Positions 11,112-19,971 of a DNA stretch of 64,000 bases are shown in pieces (within the stretch, counting starts at the first letter, position 1; every line of letters begins with the position of its first letter). The stretch lies in NCBI GenBank assembly GCA_043228905.1, contig JBHGNT010000089.1, positions 1 to 64,000 on the forward strand, in the 5' to 3' direction. Made by a program: the position numbers and the translations under genes. This stretch comes from Azolla caroliniana (lineage: Eukaryota > Plantae > Polypodiophyta). The notes under the pieces are model-generated. The model was not told the DNA's origin and made no database searches. It saw only the letters and a program-made list of their open reading frames with translations.

Positions 11112-13734
11112 CTCCCCCTCAAGCTCAACTTGAGGTAGGATCGTGGTGTTAGTGTTTGTAGTAGCCGGTCCTCTCCTCCGGCTCCCCTTAGCGTCCTCCC
11201 GCCTGGCTCGCACTCCTTGTTCGGTCTGCTTCGGCTTCCCGCAACGCGTCCGGTTCCGTGCATCTTGACCTTCTCGGCCAACTTCTCTGCTCCTTTGGCC
11301 CTTATTAGCTCCCTTGTAGTCACGTTGCTGGCACCCCTCAACCCGTTGGCTCCTTCGTCTCGGCGTCGGTTTCAGATGCCTTTTTGTCCGCTTGGCCCAT
11401 CTTAGATTCGGCTCCTCTGAATCAAACATTTCGACTGAATCGAGCTTTTGCTCTTGACCGAATCAGCTGACTCCGATTCGTTCCCGCTCTTGGCCGAGTT
11501 GGTTGTCTCCAACTCTTCTTCGATTTCCAAAATTTTCACGACATTGGCCCATGTCCATGTCTCAGTCTTTCCAGCTTTGCCTCCCCCTTTTTCTGTTGGC
11601 TCTGGCTTAGGCTCTCCGTTCCGGTCGCTTCCCTTGCGTCCGATCTCAGTTTCTTCAGCCGACCCGTGCACTTCGACTTCTTCAGTCGGGCCGAAATCGA
11701 AATCGATATCCGGCTTTTTGGTTCGACCATCTCTGTCATCCCTTTGGTCTCTGTCATTCCTCTCATTTCTCCCCCTCATGTTCGGCATATCGAGGTACTG
11801 CATACCTAGTGCACCGAAAAATTGCCACAACTTGTCTAAGCCGAGGGGTTTGGTGAAGATATCGGCCACTTGCCGATCCGTCGGAACATGCAGCAATTCC
11901 ACTTCACCAGAGAGAACACGCTCATAGACAAAATGGTTGTGCAACTCAATGTGCTTTGTCCGGGCGTGAAAGACGGGGTTCTTCGCCAACTGGATGCTGC
12001 TGAGGTTGTCACAGTAGATCACAACAGGACCAGACACCTCCACACGCAGATCCTTGAGTAGTTTTTTGAGCCATATGGCTTCGCACGTTGCGGCAGCCAC
12101 TCCTCGGTAATCAGCCTCGGTGCTCGACAATGCCATTGTTGGGTGCTTCTTATTGTTCTAGGAAACTGCGATGCTCCCAAGTGAGAACGCATATCCAGCC
12201 CAATCGGCATCCGTGTAGCCGACAAACTATCCGGTTACACTGGTTCGATATAGCAATTCCCTATCCTTAGTGCCGCTAATGTACCTCAATATTCGGTGTG
12301 CGCATTGAAGGTGCTCCACGGTTGGATGCGCCATAAATTGACTAATTAGTCTGACCGGATAACTGAGGTCCGACCGAGTGATGGTCAGATATATGAGACT
12401 TTCGACTATTTGTCGGAACCTTTTCGGGAGCTTGCATTCCTATCCAGAGGAGTCGAGATGGACTTGCATTACCTCATACCGAATTTGAAGAGCATACTCA
12501 ACACATAGTGGCGTTGACTAATCAGTATGCCTTCTTGGGTGCGGATCACTTTGATCCCGAGGAAATAATGAAGGTCCCCAAGATCCCTCATGTCAAATGA
12601 TGCTGTGAGTTCGGACTTGACACAGTCGATTTCATCCAAGTCGGGGCCGATGATGACTAAATTATCAACATAAAGCAAAATACTTAACGAGTCGTTACAA
12701 CCTTGCCGGATGAAGAGTGAAGAGTTCAACTTCGACGCGACAAAGCCCATCCAATGCAGTCGCTACATGATTTTCGCGTTCCAGGCACACGGGGCTTGCT
12801 TTAGTTTGTAGAGGAACTTCTTCAATCAACACACTGCCGATGTATTCATGCCGAACTGAAATCCAGGGGCCTGAATCATATACACCTGTTTCTCAAGATC
12901 ACCTTGTAGGAACACGTTCTTTTCATCCATCTGATGTAGATGCCACCCCTTTGCTGCTGCCAGCGCAAGCAAGACATAGATTGTCGTCATATTCGCGACC
13001 GACGCGAATGTTTCATCGTAATCAATGCCGTGTTGCTGCGTGTAGCCTTTGGCCACTAACCGGGCCTTGTACAGGTTGACAGAGCCGTCAGTTTGTAGAC
13101 CCATCGACAACTGATCGACTTCACTCCTCTTGGTACGTCTACTAAATCCCACGTCTCATTCTCTGTGAGTGTGTCCATCTCTTCCTCCATGGCTGTCTGT
13201 AAGTTAGGATCCTTCGCCGCTTCTGTGTAGCTCTCTGGCTCACACATGGCTACCACCTTCGCCATGTACACATAATGATGCGCCATATACTCATTGTACC
13301 CGTACCTCGTCATGGGGTTCTTCTGGCGTGTGGATCAACGCAATTCCTGATTCGCCTATTTTGCGGCCTTCTCAACCGACTTCAACCTCTTCCTCAGAGG
13401 TTCGTTTTCGTTCGAGCCGGAGTCGCTCCGATCCGACTTAGCTCTGCCGGTGTCATACTCCAACATCTTCTTCTTCCCCTTGCACGTGAACCATCTGCTC
13501 GGTTCCTTGCGCAGGGAGAGCACAACAGAATCTTCACTACTCGCCGGCTCGTCATCCGGTTGACCACTCATCCAAAGAGAAGTCAGACTATCCGGCTATT
13601 TGGATTCCGTGACGCTGCTCTCTGTTCTGGATGCCATTGGATCATCTACAACAATCGGCTTAGGCTTGGGTGGAGAGAAGTACCAAGATGCCGATTCATA
13701 AAAAACCACATCTTGGCTAAGTCGGACCGCTTCC
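10678..13734 (-). mobile_element. 5'-truncated, degenerate Ty1/Copia element (integrase tail, RT, RNase H, PPT, 3' LTR)
   Basis: RT motifs [22 protein letters not shown] and ILLYVDNL; RNase H ALSSTEADY...YCDNLSSIQLAKNPVFHARTKHIE...VADIFTKPL; PPT ttgagggggag at 11112-11122 abuts the LTR. Confidence 0.9.
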
Positions 13735-13745
13735 TGTCATGACTC

Positions 13746-13747
<2 letters not shown>

Positions 13748-13785
<38 letters not shown>
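13748..13785. repeat. (GA)n microsatellite at a TE-TE junction
   Basis: Directly visible; preceded by tgtcatgactcgt, a possible LTR end. Confidence 0.9.
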
Positions 13786-13787
<2 letters not shown>

Positions 13788-14692
13788 CGGTATAAAGCGC
13801 AAGCTGATAGACATCGTTCTGCTACACTTGCCTTTGCACTTGGTGATCAAGTTTGGCTCTTACGTCACCTTGTCGTTACTACTCGACCTTGCGGAAAGTT
13901 GGATTACAAGAAGTTGGGGTCTTTCCGCATCATTGAGTGTGTCAATCCCGTCACTTTCCAGCTGGAACTTCCTCCACATTTCTAGATTCATAATGTCTTC
14001 CATGCCTGTCTTCTCGAACCTTATCATCCATCCACTATTCCTGGAAGACACTCTCCACCTCCACCTCCAATTGAGCTTTCCACAGGTGAGGAGTATGAGG
14101 TGGACAAGATTCTGGACTCTCGTTGGCATCGACGACAACTTCAATACTTAGTCCTATGGAAAGGGTATCCCATTTTAGAGGCAACTTGGGAACCAACTCA
14201 ATGCACCGAATGTTGTTCATGCATTTCATCACCAATATCCACAAAAACCGAGGAGGCATCTTCGGAGGCGGCCTTAGCAGAGGGATAATGTCATGGACAT
14301 GATAACAGTCATGTCATGATTCGAACTCTTGACCTATTGTATTTAATCAATATGTTTTAACCAATACATCCAATACATAACCATGTTACCTTACTAGATT
14401 ATTGTAGATTATCTATTCTACATGTAGGATTTTAGAAGCTTCTAGGAGCTAGAACATTGTAGAAGCTTGTGCATGAAAATGAGTCTTTGCATGGAGCTAC
14501 ATTTAGAGCCCATAAACATGTATAAATACACGGGTTCACCTTGGCCTTAGTCAAGGTGAACAACACCAGTTACAGAATCATAATTCAGTTCTTGTTCTCT
14601 TGACTACTTTCTCTCTCTCTCTTTCTTATTATCTTGTGTATGATCTCTCTCTCACTCTCTTAGTATTGAGCCTCGTGTACTTGTTCATGACA
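13786..14692 (+). mobile_element. 3' remnant of a Tcn1-like chromovirus (integrase C-terminus, chromodomain, PPT, LTR 14289-14692)
   Basis: ADRHR...GDQVWLLR...TTRPCGKLDYKKLG and EYEVDKILDSR...YLVLWKGYP..EATWEP are homologous to the end of pol 56222..59779. The LTR is bounded by TGTCATG...CATGACA after agagggataa. Confidence 0.88.
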
Positions 14693-15973
14693 TCTGGTAG
14701 AACTCCTTGGACATCAAGTTGATCTCTGATCCATGATCAATCAATGCAACTACGGGCTCTTTAATGTTTCCAATCCGAACCGGAGTCTCCGTAGTTGGCC
14801 GTGCCTAGTGTGGCTTTGAGTAGTGGGAGTTAGGAATCGCATCCTCCACTTCCATGTCATTCATTACAACGGTATTCGCATTCAACCTCAGAGCATTCGA
14901 TTCTTCCATAGCTTGCCTCTTTCTCTTCACGAGATCCATGAGGAGATCGTGGAACTCTTTCTTTGCTATTCTGAGCAATTCCTTGAGAGAAAATTCCATC
15001 CGACTATCAAGGATTCTCTCTTCAAACACCTTCTTTAGATCCATCTGTTGTTCGATATCCGACACAAGTTTGAATGCTGGAATCATTTCCCCTTTCCCTT
15101 TTCCTTTGGAATTCCAGCTCTCTAGTGTCTTCGATGGTCCGACCGCATTATCTGTGTGCCGTCGTTTCTCATCTATATACACCTCATGTAATTGGCATAG
15201 GGTGTAAATGCTATTCTTGTCTATAGGGCACTCCCATCTCGTAGCTTCTTGGATGCCTTCCGTAGTGTTTCGGATCTCATCAGAGTCGGTTTTCTTGGAG
15301 ATTTCTAGCATTTTCGGCCAGAAAGACGACTTCGCTCTAGATGTTTCACCCGCACGTATTTCCACGGTTGTCGCATAATTGCTTTTTGCTGCAATCTCCT
15401 CCTCTAGGACCTCATGCCGTCTTTTCAGAAATTTGGCCAAAGTGGCTTTCGATGGTCCATTGAATGGATCCGATTTCCCTCATAGTAGATGAGATCCCGT
15501 CGTAGAGCCTCCTTCTGCTCATCGCAATCTTTCCGATCATGTTTGGTGCTATCACACCATATGCATCGACGATCCATATACTTGGAACTTTTGGGATGGT
15601 CTTCCGACATCATCACCATCACAATTTTGAGATTCTCCATCTCCTTTAGCAATTGCTCCATCGTGGTTGCATCAATTCCCTTATCGGTCGTAGTCTCTTG
15701 AGCCCATGGTTGATGGTCTTCCAATCCGGCTCTTGGTCTCGGAATTGGTTCCGAGACCCTCTTTTCTTCATTACCAAGCCATTGCCCCCTCTTTGTGTAT
15801 CGTGGAACGATGTCCTGCACGTTTTCCCATGTATTGGTGCTGCCACTCTCGGTAGTCGTATCCTCTAGAAGCACTCCAAGATCTTTCTAGTGTCGGATGT
15901 CCACGGCTCGTAATAACATGATCACTTTGTCTGGTGCGAGGATAGCTTGATATCTCGCGAACAATCTCCTGTA

Positions 15974-16481
15974 TGTTATACGTTTTAGGGTTAGGGTTAA
16001 GGACGACGATGATGATGAATGACAACTATGATGATAGGTAATGAAGATAGACATGGTGATGGAGAGTATGATGGTGAGAGAGATCATATAGAGAAGCATT
16101 GCGGGGTGGGGGGTGGTGCCTAGAATGGCTCCACCCCCCTCCCAAGGGGATTCAACGTTGAGGGGGAGAGAGAGAGAGAAAGAGGGATGACAAGAGAGAG
16201 ATTAGGAGAGAAATGGTTTTTCATGTTTCATTCATTCCCCATAAGGGGTTAAATAGTACAAGAGGGGGTAGATACATAGGGGTATAAGCCCCCTCGAGCA
16301 TTCATATTGGACACTCACTCACACCTCCTCGTATCCATCCACATGCACACACGTGTGTATGTGTTCACATACGTATGGACTCACAATTACATTTATGCCC
16401 CCTACACATACACAACATCATGATAACATTCGACCCTCGGTCATCACACTTGACTCTCCGTACATCTCGTATGGGGTAACA
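15974..16481 (-). repeat. 3' LTR of element B
   Basis: Direct repeat of 18326-18833. Confidence 0.93.
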
Positions 16482-16485
16482 CATA

Positions 16486-16525
16486 TGGCACGCCCGTGGG
16501 AAAGTGCGTTGCACGTCGATCCCAC
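16486..16525 (-). other. tRNA-Arg 3'-half-like box in the PPT position of element B
   Basis: Sense strand GTGGG-ATCGA-[CGTGCAACGCACT]-TTCCCAC-GGGCGTGCCA, 4 nt before the 3' LTR. Confidence 0.75.
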
Positions 16526-18302
16526 ATGCCTTGATGATGATATCTCTTCGACCGGAACTTCCATCGGTCCTTTCAACGATCGATTCCCTCGATCGGAGCG
16601 CTTGACTAGATCATCTCCATCGGTCAGCGTCTTTTCCGCGACACGAACATTCTCATTCTGTCGTCTTACGAACTTTGGTATCCTCTTTCGGGTCCTTAAA
16701 AATGTTGTGTGCATGTATGTTATTCTTTGTTGATTTTGTGAGTTGTCATGGTCGATCACGTCCATTTCTTTAGGTGGATGAGATTTCAAAATTTCATAGG
16801 TGCCCTTTGATTTTTAAAATTTTCTTATATACCCTCAGGTTTTTACAATTATGTTTGATACCCTCATCTTTCTTTTTCTTCTTTTCTCGCGTTTTGCTCC
16901 TGGAGCAAATTCTTCTTCCTCTTTTCTCTTCTTCTCCATCTCGTTTTCTGTTGCCTATTTGGCCATGACTGCATATCTTCATCTGGCCGTATCGGCCGTT
17001 GCCCCGCCGTTTGTCTAGTCGCTCTGACCGTCGACGTTGTCTGACCACTGCTCCGGTCGATGTCCATCACTATTGTCGCTGTCTCCGTCACGTCGTTTGG
17101 TCGTCTTCATCGTTGTCTTTATGGTCCTGCATCGTGGTTGTCTCCCTCTACATATTCGTTTCATCTCCTTCCGGCCGGTTGTCGTCTCTGTCCATCTATG
17201 GCTGTAGGTCATCTCTATTTATGATCGGAGATCTCCGTCTCTGTCTCTATCGCTTCTCGGCCACTCATGACCGTTGGTTGTCATCAGTCCTCTGTCCGTC
17301 GTTGTTCTGGTCGATGCCGACTGTGTCCAGCAGTTGTTGTATTCGACTATTCCGGCCGCTTCAGCCATCATTTTGGCTCTGTCTCCATCTCCCGCCGTCG
17401 CCATCTCCGACCGTTGCTGTTTGGCCGTCTCTGTTTTCCGTCGTCCTCCGACACCGTCCGTCTTCCTGGCGGCCTGTCTGCTTCCCCGGCCTTGTCTGGT
17501 CCTCCGGCCGCTCCGGCCGCTCCAGCCACTGTCTGGCTATTCCGACTGGTTTCCGGCCCTTCCGGCAGCTTTTTCTGCCGTCTGGCCCGTCGTTTCATTG
17601 TCATTCGGCGTCTCGTCTGCTGTTCGACCTAGGGTTTGCTCATGGCTTTTGGGGTCTCTGGCCCTTTCCGTCTCTGTCCGGCTGTATCTCCGACAGAAAC
17701 CGTTTTCATCTCTCGTTGTCTTCGTCTGGCGCCCTGAGCCTTTTGTCCGTCAATGTTGTTGTCGAGTCACCCTCGTTGGTCCTGCTGTCTTTGCATGTGT
17801 GTGTTTGTTGTGATGTCCCTTTTTCTGGTTGTCGATGTTTGGTCCACGTCTGCATCTTCTTCTCTGTCTTCGATGCCCCTTCGGTGATAACCAACTTTGG
17901 TTCTTGTTCCGATTCCGGTTCCACTCTCTTTGCGTTGTTTCTTCTGGAACCATAGCCCATGCATTCGCAGCACATCCTGCCGGCCTCCGCTCCACACACT
18001 GCGTCTTCCACCGCAGTCTTCAGGTGGGCTTCTCTTACCGGTCGTGCTGGCACCGGTTCCCTTTGCGTCGCTGTTTTTCCAGCCGTGCATCTTGCACCAC
18101 GCATTCGAACACGCACATTGTCACTAACCGCATTCGGAAACACGTACATGGACACCAATCGCAACCTTGCACAAACATCGTTTCCATTCATGAATTCTTT
18201 CATCGCATTGTCATTTCCTGCACTCACACAAATATGTCGCTATGGCCTTCGCTATGGCCTTCATCACCGCGTATCATTCTTTGACTCCGTTTCCAAAGGG
18301 GG

Positions 18303-18320
18303 ATCCCGTCGTGGTCGCCA
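18303..18320 (-). promoter_or_regulatory. Primer binding site of element B (tRNA-Arg type)
   Basis: TGGCGACCACGACGGGAT, 5 nt inside the 5' LTR. Its complement has tRNA 3'-end architecture (AT-CCCGT-CGTGGTC-G-CCA). Confidence 0.8.
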
Positions 18321-18325
18321 AAAGG

Positions 18326-18833
18326 TGTTATACGTTTTAGGGTTAGGGTTAAGGACGACGATGATGATGAATGACAACTATGATGATAGGTAATGAAGAT
18401 AGACATGGTGATGGAGAGTATGATGGTGAGAGAGATCATATAGAGAAGCATTGCGGGGTGGGGGGTGGTGCCTAGAATGGCTCCACCCCCCTCCCAAGGG
18501 GATTCAATGTTGAGGGGGAGAGAGAGAGAGAAAGAGGGATGACAAGAGAGAGATTAGGAGAGAAATGGTTTTTCATGTTTCATTCATTCCCCATAAGGGG
18601 TTAAATAGTACAAGAGGGGGTAGATACATAGGGGTATAAGCCCCCTCGAGCATTCATATTGGACACTCACTCACACCTCCTCGTATCCATCCACATGCAC
18701 ACACGTGTGTATGTGTTCACATACGTATGGACTCACAATTACATTTATGCCCCCTACACATACAAAACATCATGATAACATTCGACCCTCGGTCATCACA
18801 CTTGACTCTCCGTACATCTCGTACGGGGTAACA
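18326..18833 (-). repeat. 5' LTR of element B
   Basis: Direct repeat of 15974-16481. Confidence 0.93.
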
Positions 18834-19499
18834 CTGTATCGACTTTCGAACGCTGAAAACACATCGAGGACCTTCAATCCCTTATTCGGTGTTTCAACCC
18901 AATCTTCGAATCCCCTCCCCGTTGCATTCGAGGAGTTCTCGATAGAGAATGTAGTCTTTAGCGTTTCTTCAAACACTTCCTACGTCGGATTTTGTTGTTG
19001 TATCCTACCCATCCTTCCCGTTAAATTGCCCGTTCCGTTGCACAAGTTGCTCTCCTGCAGCCACAATCTCCAACATCGCGCGTTGTTCTTGTAGCATCCG
19101 CTCGAACATTGTCATCATGTTGTTAGCCTCTTGTTGATTCTCCATCTCCTTACCACCCATTTTCATGTCGGGTTCCCCAATTGTGTGGTGCCTTTCAACG
19201 CCGGATCGTTGTGTGAGTCGGAAGGAAATCAACGAGGTTATGGACTAGGAGGAGGAGAGTTTTAAGACTAATTAGAATATGTGTATATTATAAGAAAGAG
19301 CTATCAAAAACTCGCAAATCACAAGAGTGTATTTTATTATGTTAATCAACCCTTAGAATTCTAATAAATTTGATTAGATTAGAAAAGATAGATCGAAAAT
19401 TGGGAATCACCTGAATATAGTCAATTTGATCAATATTTAGAAATACAAATCAACAACCATTACAATTTACTCCCTCCATCCTTATATATTGATGGGAGA

Positions 19500-19919
19500 T
19501 GTTATTCGCTTAGCCGGACAAGGCCTAACACAAGGTGTCATGGAGACACTTCACCAAAGGGTGATTACGGCATAGGATTAAGATTCAACGATTACACCGA
19601 CTTACGTAGGTTACACGATTAGATTGCTTTGGTTAATTACACGCGTAAGATATAACAGTGATTACAGAACGGAAATCAAGACAGAAGTATAAACATCATA
19701 AGCTCTATTAATTATCCGCTGTGATTACAATGGGGTCCGGGCCTTTAAATAGGTTTCCGGCCCGTAGTACAAAACGGTGCCTCTCGCACCTATTCGGGAT
19801 CCGTCCGGATCTGGAACGGCATACCGTTTCCAGTCCGTCCGTCCACACTATGCTCATTTACAACCATATCTAATTAATTCCTTCACTCCGTATTTTGGAC
19901 TCCTTGCCGGCCGGTAACA
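19500..19919 (-). repeat. 3' LTR of element A
   Basis: Direct repeat of 29051-29470; TG...CA ends. Confidence 0.95.
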
Positions 19920-19921
19920 CA

Positions 19922-19960
19922 TGGCACGCCCGTGGGACAGTACCTTGTACGTCGAACCCT
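19922..19960 (-). other. tRNA-Arg 3'-half-like box in the PPT position of element A
   Basis: Sense strand AGGG-TTCGA-[CGTACAAGGTACT]-GTCCCAC-GGGCGTGCCA, 2 nt before the 3' LTR. Confidence 0.75.
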
Positions 19961-19971
19961 TCTCGGCCCCT

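Larger units (their letters stand above)
15974..18833 (-). mobile_element. Non-autonomous LTR retroelement B (508-bp LTRs, 1.84-kb internal region without gag/pol)
   Basis: LTRs 15974-16481 and 18326-18833 (TGTTA...TAACA, about 3 mismatches seen); TSD CTGTA; PBS at 18303-18320 on the minus strand; TATTTAA box on the minus strand. Confidence 0.93.

Noticed and set aside
16999-17955. 318-aa ORF and overlapping ORFs inside element B as real genes
   Set aside because: The S/L/R/C-rich translations arise from a stop-poor pyrimidine-rich strand and show no domain motifs.
19922-19938. Reading TGGCACGCCC as the ordinary PBS of a plus-strand element
   Set aside because: Gag-pol, the extra ORF and the LTR TATA box are all on the minus strand, and a proper PBS exists at 28876-28887. 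This motif therefore occupies the PPT position.
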